64,000 bases of DNA. Source: Candidatus Methanomethylicia archaeon (GTDB taxonomy: Archaea; Thermoproteota; Methanomethylicia; Nezhaarchaeales; B40-G2). The stretch spans positions 1 to 64,000 of the forward strand of contig JAPDJI010000025.1 of assembly GCA_029259155.1 (NCBI GenBank), written 5' to 3'. The notes below the pieces were generated by a model. The model did no database searches, was not told the DNA's origin, and was given only the letters and a program-made list of their open reading frames with translations. The stretch's first letter is position 1. Every line of letters begins with the position of its first letter. A program made the position numbers and the translations under genes. This document shows, in pieces, positions 37,509 to 47,285 of the stretch.

Positions 37509-37988
37509 TTACTTTCCCTCCATGATCTTCTTCTGGAGCAACCTGAACCCCTGTAGTATCTGTTCAGGTCTAGGTGGACAGCCTGGAACGTATACGTCTA
37601 CTGGAACTACCTTGTCGACACCTTGAACTACACTGTAGCTATCCCACCAGAACCCTCCTGTGATGGCACAGTCGCCTAGAGCTATGACGTACTTAGGATC
37701 AGGCATCTGGTCATATATCATTCTTAGCCTCTTGGCCATTTTCTTGGTCACGACTCCCTCTATGATTATTAAGTCGCACTCCCTCAATGTAGGGAAGGGG
37801 ATAGCCCCTAGTCTTTCATGGTCAAACCTCGCTGCTACGAGCGACATTATCTCAGGGCAGCAACAGCCTGTCTCATAGTGGACCCACCATAAGCTCCAAG
37901 CTCTCCCCCAATTAAGCATGTCCTTGATGGGCTTCCAACAGCTAATCTTGGTTCTAATCCGTTCTATGGGTTTGAGAGACAACGCCAC
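37509..37988 (-). CDS. nuoB: Complex I-like subunit B
   Basis: TGCCCPE, QMPDPKYVIALGDCAITGG, DVYVPGCPPRPE. Confidence 0.93.
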   Translation of the reverse strand: MALSLKPIERIRTKISCWKPIKDMLNWGRAWSLWWVHYETGCCCPEIMSLVAARFDHERLGAIPFPTLRECDLIIIEGVVTKKMAKRLRMIYDQMPDPKYVIALGDCAITGGFWWDSYSVVQGVDKVVPVDVYVPGCPPRPEQILQGFRLLQKKIMEGK

Positions 37989-38379
37989 CCCTCCTACGCT
38001 TAACTACAGGTTGAAGGGTCATGATCGCCCCCATCAAAGCGAAGGCGAATGCTCCCAATATGAGTATTACTATCCATAGTTGATCAACAGGCATTGCGCT
38101 AATAGAGGGGGCAGCTAATAGGAGGATTATGGCTAAGGCCCCATATATGGCATAGATCACAGCATAAGGGTAGTACTGTATGGTGAACCGTGCCTTCGTA
38201 GGCTCGGTTGGTATCTGACCACATTCATAAGTCATGGTCTTACGAGGGTTAGGTCTTGAAGGAGAGACTATCTTAGCCAGGAGGAGGGAGGACAGGCAGA
38301 ATACGAATGCAATGATGACGTATATAGCGAGGCCTACTCCTTCTAGCACCGCCTCGCTAACCATTTCAGGCCCCTCCAC
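37954..38379 (-). CDS. nuoA: Complex I-like subunit A
   Basis: K...YECG and F.IQYY, three TM helices. Confidence 0.88.
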   Translation of the reverse strand: MEGPEMVSEAVLEGVGLAIYVIIAFVFCLSSLLLAKIVSPSRPNPRKTMTYECGQIPTEPTKARFTIQYYPYAVIYAIYGALAIILLLAAPSISAMPVDQLWIVILILGAFAFALMGAIMTLQPVVKRRRGGVVSQTHRTD

Positions 38380-38539
38380 CGTTAAGGCCTACTCTTTATA
38401 AAGCTTTTTCTAACTGATGTGCTTTTTTCATCGTCAAACCATCGAGTTGGCCCATGCCCGATCAAGGACTTCCATGGATATTAGCTAACCGCAAAATATC
38501 TAAGCCCCTACCGCTTCACGTCATAGCCGGGGGTAAACC

Positions 38540-38845
38540 ATGCGACCAAGCTTGGTTAACCGCGCACTCGTACTTTTTAGCTTAATGGTTTTAGTAGGTG
38601 TCTTTAGGACCTACCTGCCGGCCTTCGCCACTCCTTTGCTGGGGTTAGCTGGTGCACTGGGTCTTTTCGGGGCTATACTTATGTGGCTGGGTTTAACCCT
38701 AAGAACTAAGGAAGAGCTGGAGCGCCTCCCTGAGGAAGCTCAACAGATGGAAACATCAACCGGCCTCTTCGAGATACTGCTGATAATTGTAATCATCGCG
38801 GCGGCCTTAGCTATCGGCGGCGTCCTCTTACTAGCTCTGCTTTAA
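38540..38845 (+). CDS. Small 3-TM membrane protein between the two nuo arms
   Basis: GGGGG SD, ATG start, three hydrophobic segments. Confidence 0.7.
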   Translation: MRPSLVNRALVLFSLMVLVGVFRTYLPAFATPLLGLAGALGLFGAILMWLGLTLRTKEELERLPEEAQQMETSTGLFEILLIIVIIAAALAIGGVLLLALL

Positions 38846-39030
38846 TCTCCATGCCCTGAAGCTAACCGCGTGAATCATGTCGACTTTCATGTTTTCTTCT
38901 TCACGATTGCTTTACGGAACGTAGCCTCAGACTTGCAGAGGCGAAGGCTTTATATTAGGGTTAAAAACGGTAGGGGGGCTGGGACGTAGAGCATCACTCA
39001 TGGAGGCCCGCGCCTGCGGGAGGTTCCGGG

Positions 39031-39267
39031 ATGATCGAATACCTCGAAATTGCGTTGCTGGCACTCACAATAGTGTCCGCTATAGTCGCTGTGGAACATC
39101 CCAAACTCATCAGAGCTGTTGCCTCCTTTCTTATCATGAGCATACTCCTCGCTGTTATATTCCTCGTCCTTAACGCGTACTTGGCTGCTTTCTTCCAACT
39201 CCTCATCTACGCGGGGGCTGTTGTGGTGATATTCCTAGTAGCTCTACACACGGTTAAGAGGTGGTAG
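39031..39267 (+). CDS. nuoJ: Complex I-like subunit J, N-terminal part
   Basis: LNA..AAFFQLLIYAGAVVV. Confidence 0.85.
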   Translation: MIEYLEIALLALTIVSAIVAVEHPKLIRAVASFLIMSILLAVIFLVLNAYLAAFFQLLIYAGAVVVIFLVALHTVKRW

Positions 39268-39575
39268 TTGTGGGAGCTTGGGGGAAGGCTGTAGGGATCA
39301 TAGTTTCCATAGTTTTCGCTCTTATTGCTCTTTATCTTGGCTCCCTCCTAGCTTTTGGATTTACTCCATATTTACCGTCAACACCTTCGCAAGCTCCTCC
39401 TCAACAATGGTTTGCAACCTTTAGAGCTTTAGACGTGGCTTTCCTCTCCTTGGCTGTATTTGCGGCTACTGTTGGGGTTGCTGCGCTTTTCAGGTACGAA
39501 GGAGAGAGGCCTGGACCTGAAGAAGAGACCTTAGTGGAAAAGGAGGTCGAAGAGGAAGCGGAGGAGGAGGTGTAA
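39261..39575 (+). CDS. Membrane subunit (NuoJ C-terminal / MnhB-like part)
   Basis: Two TMs, FRALDV motif, acidic tail. Overlaps the nuoJ-N stop. Confidence 0.7.
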   Translation: MVVVGAWGKAVGIIVSIVFALIALYLGSLLAFGFTPYLPSTPSQAPPQQWFATFRALDVAFLSLAVFAATVGVAALFRYEGERPGPEEETLVEKEVEEEAEEEV

Positions 39576-39578
39576 GGC

Positions 39579-39896
39579 TTGGCACTACACCCTGGATGGT
39601 ACATAACCACGAGCATCATACTCTTCGCTATAGGCGTCTATTGCCTTGCTGTTAAGAGGAACATGATAAAGATAGTGATAGGACTTGAGATCATCACCTC
39701 AGCAATGCACCTTAACTTCATAGCCATGGGCTACGCGTTATCCCTGGTAGCCTTCAATCCCCTTACACAGGTCATAGTAGTGATATCTACGGGCCTAGGA
39801 GCGTGTGTGGCCACGGTCGCGCTCATGTATGTGATTAATGCTTATCGACATTATGGGAGCTTAGACGCTAGGAGGTTGAGGAGGTTAAGGTGGTAG
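39579..39896 (+). CDS. nuoK: Complex I-like subunit K
   Basis: IGVYCL..KRNMIK..IGLEI, three TMs. Confidence 0.88.
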   Translation: MALHPGWYITTSIILFAIGVYCLAVKRNMIKIVIGLEIITSAMHLNFIAMGYALSLVAFNPLTQVIVVISTGLGACVATVALMYVINAYRHYGSLDARRLRRLRW

Positions 39897-41455
39897 GAAT
39901 GTCCTTGTCAGTCCCCTTAATCCTTCAACCCCTCATCATCCTATTCCTAGGGGCAGTTCTCGTCCCCCTTGTAGACGTGGTAGGGAAAAGGGTGAACGCT
40001 GAAAAGCTGAAGGACTTCTTTGCCGTAGCTATCTTCGCCCTTGCCTTATACAAGCTATATACCCTTTACCTCGAGGTGGCAGCAGAGGGTTACGTTGAGT
40101 TTACCATCCCAGGATTCGGCCCTCCCTTTGGCTCAGCCCTTAGGGTCGACGCCCTCAGCTCCTTTATGTCGATGCTCTTTTGCGGAGTAGGGCTACTTGT
40201 AGCCATATACTCCATAAGGTACATGGAAGAGGATACAGGCTTAGACAAGTACTACGCTCTCCTGTTGGCCATGGTTGCAGGCATGGTCGGGGTTGCGTTT
40301 GCATGGGACTTCCTAACACTTTTCGTTTTCTGGGAGACCATGGCAGTGTCAGGTTACGTCCTAGTAGGTTTCAGGAAATATAGGTGGGAGCCGGTAGAGG
40401 CTGGCTTCAAATACTTAATCATGAGCACCTTCGGCTCCATACTCATGTTCTACGGGGTCTCCTTCCTCTACGGGATGACCGGCACCTTAAACTTCACATA
40501 CATGGCTGAAACTCTCCTCAGTCAAAACAACCCATACCTGTACCTAGTAATATGTATGATAGTGGCCGGCTTCGGTGTAACCGCTGCTATGGTGCCCTTC
40601 CACACATGGCTACCCGACGCCCACCCAGCCGCTCCCAGCGGGATAAGCGCGATGTTATCAGGCGTTGTAATTAAGGCGGGAGTATACGGCATGTATAGGT
40701 CTGTGTTTACCTTTTTCAACCCTGCTTTCTACAATTACGGAGCTGTACTCATGATCTTCGGCGTGCTCACACTCACCGTGGCTAACCTCATGGCTCTGCT
40801 CCAAAGAGATATCAAGAGGCTTTTCGCGTACTCTAGCATAGTCAACATAGGGTACATAATTACCGCTGCTGGCATTGCCGCCTACGCTCTAACTACCTAC
40901 TACGCTAGCTCCCCCATACTGGCCACGAGCGTGGCTGTTTTCGCTTTAGCAGGCGGTCTCTTCCATGTATTTAACCACGCCATAGGTAAAGGGCTTCTCT
41001 TCCTTTGCTCTGGCTGCTTCCTTCATGAGGCTAAAACCAGGGACCTAACCATCCTAGAGGGTATAGGTAAACGTATGCCTTGGACTGGTGTTTCCCTGTC
41101 CATAGGGCTACTAGCTCTAGCGGGTGTACCGCCCCTAAACGGGTTCTGGAGTAAGCTCTTCATAATCCTAGCTGGTCTTAGCATACCTCAAGACGGTTAT
41201 ATGGTAATTATAACGGCCATCCTCATTTTAAACGCTATATTCTCAGCTGCATATTATCTATGGGTCATGCAACGTATCATGCTCAAGTCACCCACGGAAA
41301 GGGTGGCCAAGGTGCATGAAGCCCCCTTCTCCATGGTTCTACCCATAGCTCTCTTGGCATCAATCTGCGTGGTCGTGGGAGCTTTTCCTGGCCCCGTTCT
41401 CGGCTTAGCTGATACTGCGGCTAAAAGTCTATTAAGCTTCATCATTGGGGGGTGA
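39890..41455 (+). CDS. nuoN: Antiporter-like subunit (NuoN/MrpD type)
   Basis: FVFWE, EAGFKY, PFHTWLPDAHP.AP, KRLFAYSS. Confidence 0.85.
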   Translation: MVGMSLSVPLILQPLIILFLGAVLVPLVDVVGKRVNAEKLKDFFAVAIFALALYKLYTLYLEVAAEGYVEFTIPGFGPPFGSALRVDALSSFMSMLFCGVGLLVAIYSIRYMEEDTGLDKYYALLLAMVAGMVGVAFAWDFLTLFVFWETMAVSGYVLVGFRKYRWEPVEAGFKYLIMSTFGSILMFYGVSFLYGMTGTLNFTYMAETLLSQNNPYLYLVICMIVAGFGVTAAMVPFHTWLPDAHPAAPSGISAMLSGVVIKAGVYGMYRSVFTFFNPAFYNYGAVLMIFGVLTLTVANLMALLQRDIKRLFAYSSIVNIGYIITAAGIAAYALTTYYASSPILATSVAVFALAGGLFHVFNHAIGKGLLFLCSGCFLHEAKTRDLTILEGIGKRMPWTGVSLSIGLLALAGVPPLNGFWSKLFIILAGLSIPQDGYMVIITAILILNAIFSAAYYLWVMQRIMLKSPTERVAKVHEAPFSMVLPIALLASICVVVGAFPGPVLGLADTAAKSLLSFIIGG

Positions 41456-41461
41456 ACTTGA

Positions 41462-43576
41462 ATGAGCGAGTTTATAGAAGCCTTCGTACCTCAAGCATGG
41501 CTTTGTTGGATGCTCCCTATGGCTGGAGCCTTACTGACCCCTATCTTCGCTAAGATTAACCCTAAGCTAAGAGACTACGGTGCTGTCTTCTTCTCTCTGA
41601 TGGCTGCATTAATGACGGTCTCCATGATACCTCTCATCTTCGACCCTCACGTATACTACTATCAAGTAGAATGGATTAGGCTGCCCGGGTCGCCCATACT
41701 CAGCGAGCTCAAAGCAGGGGTAATAGTGGATCCGTTGAGTATAATAGTGGCTAACGTCGTGGCGGTCATAAGCTTCCTCATAATGGTGTACTCGCTTGGC
41801 TACATGCACGGCGACCCTTCATTAACACGGTACTGGTTCTTCATGAACTTCTTCATAGGCAACATGCTCCTCTTGGTCATGTCTGACAACATACTGCAGA
41901 TGCTCTTCGGCTGGGAAGGCGTAGGTTTGTGCAGCTACGCGCTCATAGGCTTCCGCTACCAGGACTCTAAGGAAGACTGGTTTACCTTCTGGGTAGGCGA
42001 ACCCCCTGAAGTTTATCCTCCCTCACACTGCGGTATGAAGGCTTTCATAACCACTAGGGTAGGCGACGTGGCCATGTTTATAGGCGCCTTCATCATTTTA
42101 GCCTTGACAGGTACCTTAAGCTTCAAGGAACTCATGGAGTTTGTGCAAAGCACTCAGTTCCACCACGAAGTAATAGCTCACCCCGAGCTACTAAGATACT
42201 TGGTAGTAGCTGCTGTCTTTCTCTTCGGCGGCCCTATAGGGAAGTCAGCTCAGCTCCCACTGATGGAGTGGCTTCCAGACGCTATGGCTGGTCCTACGAC
42301 AGTTAGCGCCTTAATACACGCAGCGACTATGGTTAAGGCAGGAGTATACCTTGTAGGCAGAATCTTCCCCATCTTCTATGCTGCTGCCTGGATAGGAGGT
42401 CAAGCTAACGACTTAGTCACCTTCTTCTACCTGGTGGGCTGGGTAGGTGTGCTCACTGCCTTTATAGCTGGGACGCAGGCAATGGCTTCAAGCGAAATTA
42501 AGAAGGTGTGGGCATACTCCACGGTTAGCCAGATAGGCTACATGATGATGGGACTAGGCGTGGCAGGGGCAGCAGCCGAGTTCGCTATTGGTTATACTGG
42601 AGGGATCTTTCACCTAATGAGCCACGCCATGTTCAAGGCAGCGCTCTTCTTGACCGCAGGCTCTGTAATACATGCTACAGAGTCGAGGTTCTTCAGGGAC
42701 TACGGCGGCTTAAAGAAGCATATGCCCATAACCTTCTGGTGTATGGCTTTAGCTGCCTTCTCGCTTATGGGTGTACCCATATTCTTCAGCGGCTTCTGGA
42801 GCAAAGACCTCGTACTCGAAGCGTCCTTGATGGCTACTACCTCCACCTGGCCCCTATTCGTCCTAGGAGTCCTGGCTGTTTCGATAACTTGCTTCTACAC
42901 TGTAAGAGCATTAGGCTTAACTTTCTTTGGACATGAAAGCAAGCACATCCACGAGCTGGAACGCGAAGGCAAACATGTGCATGAAGCACCTAAGGTGATG
43001 TGGGTTCCTTACGCTGCCTTAGCTGTTGCAACCGTAATCTTTGGTATAGGCGGTTACTTTGTGAGTGGATGGCTTGAACAGGTCTTCCACCACCAGCTGG
43101 AGGCATGGGGATTAGGAGGTCACCTATTACACTCAGCTGAACACGCTGTCGAAACGGCTCCAGCTATGTCACATGAAATGGCGGTAATAGTGACTGCGGC
43201 GACGTCCATATCCATGCTACTCATAGGTGCGCTACCAGCTTACCACATCTACATTAAACGCAAGGTTGATCCTGAGAAACTACTCGAGCCTAGACCAGCC
43301 CTCAAAGCGCTTTGGCACTTCCTCTTCCGAAGATGGTATGTGAATACCTTCTACTACAAAGCCTTCGTTTACTCTGTAATAAGGGCAAGCGGATGGCTGT
43401 TTAGGAACATTGAGACTGCCGTAATAGACAGGTTCAACTACGCTTTAGCCGACTTATCACAAGCGATCGCTTCGAGGTTCAGGAAGACTCATACAGGCAT
43501 ATTGAACTATAACGTGATAGGCATCGTCCTAGGTTTCATACTTTTTATCGTGTTGGTAGTGTTCGTCTTCGGGTGA
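41462..43576 (+). CDS. nuoL: Antiporter-like subunit L
   Basis: GWEGVGLCSY, KSAQLPL..WLPDAMAGPTTVSALIHAATMV. Confidence 0.93.
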   Translation: MSEFIEAFVPQAWLCWMLPMAGALLTPIFAKINPKLRDYGAVFFSLMAALMTVSMIPLIFDPHVYYYQVEWIRLPGSPILSELKAGVIVDPLSIIVANVVAVISFLIMVYSLGYMHGDPSLTRYWFFMNFFIGNMLLLVMSDNILQMLFGWEGVGLCSYALIGFRYQDSKEDWFTFWVGEPPEVYPPSHCGMKAFITTRVGDVAMFIGAFIILALTGTLSFKELMEFVQSTQFHHEVIAHPELLRYLVVAAVFLFGGPIGKSAQLPLMEWLPDAMAGPTTVSALIHAATMVKAGVYLVGRIFPIFYAAAWIGGQANDLVTFFYLVGWVGVLTAFIAGTQAMASSEIKKVWAYSTVSQIGYMMMGLGVAGAAAEFAIGYTGGIFHLMSHAMFKAALFLTAGSVIHATESRFFRDYGGLKKHMPITFWCMALAAFSLMGVPIFFSGFWSKDLVLEASLMATTSTWPLFVLGVLAVSITCFYTVRALGLTFFGHESKHIHELEREGKHVHEAPKVMWVPYAALAVATVIFGIGGYFVSGWLEQVFHHQLEAWGLGGHLLHSAEHAVETAPAMSHEMAVIVTAATSISMLLIGALPAYHIYIKRKVDPEKLLEPRPALKALWHFLFRRWYVNTFYYKAFVYSVIRASGWLFRNIETAVIDRFNYALADLSQAIASRFRKTHTGILNYNVIGIVLGFILFIVLVVFVFG

Positions 43577-43582
43577 TGTAAG

Positions 43583-45112
43583 ATGATGGATACGAGCCAT
43601 ATCCTACTCCAAACGATCCTTATACCCATGGCTTTCTCGGTGATAGCTCTTGTCGCCGGTAGGGCAATGGGTAAGAACACAGGCTGGCTGGTCTTCGCGG
43701 TACTGGCTTACGTGACAGGCCTCTTAGCTTATGTGACATTGTCGCTTCCCTACATACCTGAGGGCCTCTTAAAGGCTGAGTATTACTGGGGGCCTTACAT
43801 AGGCAATTTCACCCTGATAGCTGATGGCCTCAGCGCACCCATCGCTTTAACCATAGCCCTCCTATGCGCACTGATCGCGATATATTCGATAGGATACATG
43901 GAACACGAACACCGCCTAGACGCCTACTTCTCGCTATACCTCCTATACGCGGCCGGCATGATAGGGACAGTACTTGTCACCAACTTAGCAGCCTTCTTCC
44001 TCTTCTTCGAGTTGATGCTAATACCCTCCTGGGCTATGATAGGTATCTGGGGTACTGGCCCTAAGGAGAGAATAGCTTTCAAGTACTTTATGTTCACTGA
44101 AGCTGGTGCACTATCCCTGCTAGGCGGAATCGTGGCCACCTACTTCCTTACAGGGACATTTGACGTAATGGAAATGGCCACCAAGCTTTCAGCCTACGAT
44201 GTAAACCTACTCACGGTCATAGTAGTAGCCATGTTACTAGGCCTGCTCGTTAAGATGGCAATATTCCCCCTACATACTTGGCTTCCTGACGCCCACGCAG
44301 AAGCCCCTACACCTATAAGCGCCCTATTATCTCCAGCCATGATAGGTATAGGCGGTTACGCTGTAATAAGGATAGCATACACCGCTTTCCCCATGGTAAT
44401 GGCTAACTGGCCCTTCGTAATAGGCCTAGCCACTCTCGCAGTAATAACTATGGTCTACGGAGGAGTTATGGCCTTAGCTCAGGACGATATTAAGAGGCTC
44501 CTCGCCTATTCCAGTATAAGCCAGATGGGTTACCTACTCTTCGGCATAGCTTCGATCTCAGTGTTAGGGTTAGCTGGCTCTGTGCTCTTCTACGTAAATC
44601 ACGGCTTATGTAAGGCAGTCCTCTTCATGATGTCAGGGATACTGATCCATAGTTTCCATACGAGAAGCATTAGCAAGTTCGGCGGCTTAGGACCTAAAAT
44701 GCCACTAACCGCTACAGCGTCCCTCATAGCTTTCCTAGGTTTAGCAGGGACTCCTCCCATGGTTGGTTTCTGGGGAGAGGTATTCATATTTGCAGGTTCC
44801 ATGCACACCGCATTTGCTAGCTTAGCAGGCGTGGACGTTGCGAGAGTCCTGGTAACCGCCATAGCCATCGTCGGCTCTGCTCTAACTGCGGGCTATGGGT
44901 TATGGACTATTAGGAGAGTTTTCTTCGGCCAACTGAACCCCTATGTTAAGGACGCTAAGGAGGGATCGCCGTTAATGGTGGCCCCCATCATGATATTAGC
45001 GGCATTAGCTGTCATTATCGGCGTCTACCCAACGATCATAACGGAGCCCGCGGCTTCATGGGCTTCAAGGCTAGTCGAAGTAATAGCTGCCCTTGCAAGG
45101 ACATCAATCTAA
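43583..45112 (+). CDS. nuoM: Antiporter-like subunit M
   Basis: FFELMLIP, PLHTWLPDAHAEAPT, KRLLAYSSISQMG. Confidence 0.92.
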   Translation: MMDTSHILLQTILIPMAFSVIALVAGRAMGKNTGWLVFAVLAYVTGLLAYVTLSLPYIPEGLLKAEYYWGPYIGNFTLIADGLSAPIALTIALLCALIAIYSIGYMEHEHRLDAYFSLYLLYAAGMIGTVLVTNLAAFFLFFELMLIPSWAMIGIWGTGPKERIAFKYFMFTEAGALSLLGGIVATYFLTGTFDVMEMATKLSAYDVNLLTVIVVAMLLGLLVKMAIFPLHTWLPDAHAEAPTPISALLSPAMIGIGGYAVIRIAYTAFPMVMANWPFVIGLATLAVITMVYGGVMALAQDDIKRLLAYSSISQMGYLLFGIASISVLGLAGSVLFYVNHGLCKAVLFMMSGILIHSFHTRSISKFGGLGPKMPLTATASLIAFLGLAGTPPMVGFWGEVFIFAGSMHTAFASLAGVDVARVLVTAIAIVGSALTAGYGLWTIRRVFFGQLNPYVKDAKEGSPLMVAPIMILAALAVIIGVYPTIITEPAASWASRLVEVIAALARTSI

Positions 45113-46354
45113 GAATCCTTTAAGCCCTTTTTGAACTACTTTAAATTCAAGTTTCCCGTAAACCCCGTCGTACCCCGGGATTATCCTATACCTCCCCTCT
45201 CTTACCATGATTATGGCTATAGCCACTTCCCTAGGGGCTGCTTGTATTAGTTCCTCGTAGCTGGCGTGTAGTAGTACGTTGTACTCTGAACCTAGCTTCA
45301 CAACTAAGTTTTCATATAGCTCTCCTACTACCTTGGACTGAAGAGACTTCATACCTCCAGGCTTCAAGGCAGCGGATATGACTTCGTGGAGTGGAAGTAC
45401 CTTAACGTAGTTCATGTTTTTCTCTGGTTTAAAGCCACTTGGCCTATCAGCCAGCTCCTCCACTCTATCCTCCACTCCTTTCGTTAAAGGCTTGCTGCAT
45501 ACAGGACATCTATAATTTAGTTTAGAGGCTTCAGCTGGGGAGAGGGGGCCTACACCACATTCACGATGCCCTGAGTAATGGTATTTTCCATACTCCGGCG
45601 GTACCTCGAGCGTGGCCACCTTACCTGTCCTGATGGCTTCAATTAACTCTTTGTAGCTAAGTTTACTTAGGTTAAAAATAGTGCATTCTCTACCGAGCCT
45701 CCAAGGCCATGGAGAGTGGCTATCTGAAAAGCTCAATAAAGTGAAGCGGTCGAGCCTACTTACCCTCCAGTTCATGGCTGGATCGCTACTAAGCCCTGTT
45801 TCAAGGGCATAGATGCGCTTAGCCATGTCTTCGTAGCATTCTTCAATACTATCCACTCCGCTGAAGGAACCGAAGATCGACCTCCACGGCGTCCATGCAT
45901 GGGCAGGAAACACAAGGCAGCGATCGTCAACTCCCAGTATTGTTTCTACCAGCTCTGAAGGTTTGATGGTTAGCGTAGGCCTGCCGTCACGTTCAAGGTC
46001 TCCATACCTCGATAACGCCTCACCCAGCTGCTCAGCTACCTCTAAACTAGGCATGAATATAACGTGGTGTATCCTCTTAACTCTGCCTTCATAGAGGTGG
46101 ACGGTTTCCACCTCCGCCTCGACGAGAAACAGCACATTTTCGTCAGCCCCTCTTGCTTTATAGAGGCCTGTACCGTCTACTTCTTCTAAGGCTAAGCTTA
46201 ACTGGGAGAGCCAGGCTGGATGTAGAGCATCTCCTGTACCTAATAGGTTTAAGCCCTTGATCTTGGCGAAGCCTACTAAGTCAAGGGGGTTCATCTTCTC
46301 GCTTGTAGCCCTTGAGAAGGGACTATGTAGATGTAAATCAGCGTAAACTTTCAC
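45104..46354 (-). CDS. Endonuclease Q family (PHP domain) DNA-repair nuclease
   Basis: ADLHLHSPFSRATS, GTGD, PAHAWTPW, ETGLSSD, SDSHS, GKYH..GHR.C, CPVC, PGYDGVYG. Confidence 0.9.
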   Translation of the reverse strand: MKVYADLHLHSPFSRATSEKMNPLDLVGFAKIKGLNLLGTGDALHPAWLSQLSLALEEVDGTGLYKARGADENVLFLVEAEVETVHLYEGRVKRIHHVIFMPSLEVAEQLGEALSRYGDLERDGRPTLTIKPSELVETILGVDDRCLVFPAHAWTPWRSIFGSFSGVDSIEECYEDMAKRIYALETGLSSDPAMNWRVSRLDRFTLLSFSDSHSPWPWRLGRECTIFNLSKLSYKELIEAIRTGKVATLEVPPEYGKYHYSGHRECGVGPLSPAEASKLNYRCPVCSKPLTKGVEDRVEELADRPSGFKPEKNMNYVKVLPLHEVISAALKPGGMKSLQSKVVGELYENLVVKLGSEYNVLLHASYEELIQAAPREVAIAIIMVREGRYRIIPGYDGVYGKLEFKVVQKGLKGFLD

Positions 46355-46446
46355 GTACTCCGCCTAAAGTACCTAGCGTAGCCATGAGGTTATAAGCTTA
46401 AAGGAACTAGCCAGTAGAGTTTTTCACCTGTTTCATTTGAAGGCTC

Positions 46447-47220
46447 TCAGCTCTTTATGCTTTTACGAGCAAACACCAAGTACCCGGTATGGCCTACCAT
46501 GAACGTATGAGGCCTCGTAGCGCCCACCTCAACCTTCAACTTTCTGAGGAGACATTCAATAGCCTCTATATCCACGAACCCTTCTCTCCTAAGAGCTTCC
46601 ACGGTCTTTTCTACTTGATTAATTGTTGGACTAAAACTAGCTAGGCCTCCACCTCCCTTTAACGCTTCGTAGGCATGAGGTACAACATCCCATGGGGAGG
46701 CTAGGTCCAAGACTACGGCGTCCACCTCTTTCTCCTCGATCCCTTCGGTCAGATCTTTATTCTTGAGCTCCACGTAGTCAAGCAACCCTACCCTAGCGAG
46801 GTTTTTTCTCGCCACCTCTAACACGTCGCTCCTTACTTCGTAGCTGTAAACTTTACCTGTAGGTTTAACGAAGAAAGCTAAAGCTGAAGCTAGAGCCCCA
46901 CTCCCTGTCCCTCCCTCGACTACTCTTGAACCGGCTCCTATGCCGAGCCTAAGTATTATCAACGCTATATCCTTATAGTATAGTATCTGTGTCCTCCTCG
47001 CTAGCTTAGCTATGTAGTCGTAAATCGTGGGCTTAAGAGCTATGAAAGACACCTTCAAATTACTTTCCACGCTGACCCCGTAAGGCCTGCCTATTAGCTC
47101 TCTTAGCTCCACGTAGCCTTTATGCGTGTGAAAGCTCCTATCCTCAACTTTAACTAAGTACCTTCTACGCTCATCGAGGTATAGGAGAACATCATCTCCT
47201 TGCTTAATTTCCTCCGTCAA
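46447..47220 (-). CDS. trmI: tRNA (adenine57/58-N1)-methyltransferase
   Basis: R.TQILY.KD, VEGGTGSG, LDL..PW, FSPTINQ, HTGYL. Confidence 0.93.
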   Translation of the reverse strand: MTEEIKQGDDVLLYLDERRRYLVKVEDRSFHTHKGYVELRELIGRPYGVSVESNLKVSFIALKPTIYDYIAKLARRTQILYYKDIALIILRLGIGAGSRVVEGGTGSGALASALAFFVKPTGKVYSYEVRSDVLEVARKNLARVGLLDYVELKNKDLTEGIEEKEVDAVVLDLASPWDVVPHAYEALKGGGGLASFSPTINQVEKTVEALRREGFVDIEAIECLLRKLKVEVGATRPHTFMVGHTGYLVFARKSIKS

Positions 47221-47285
47221 CTTACACTCCTCGCCTGAAGTTTAATACGAGCTCTTCCCCTTTTATGCTAGGGGGGGTTCTAAAC

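Noticed and set aside
38994-39206. Two short minus-strand ORFs between the nuo arms
   Set aside because: They are antisense to nuoJ-N, which has clear homology.
39031-39575. Split nuoJ as a frameshift or another intron
   Set aside because: Both parts have their own starts and overlap like coupled genes. Split NuoJ is common in archaeal complexes and no BHB was seen.
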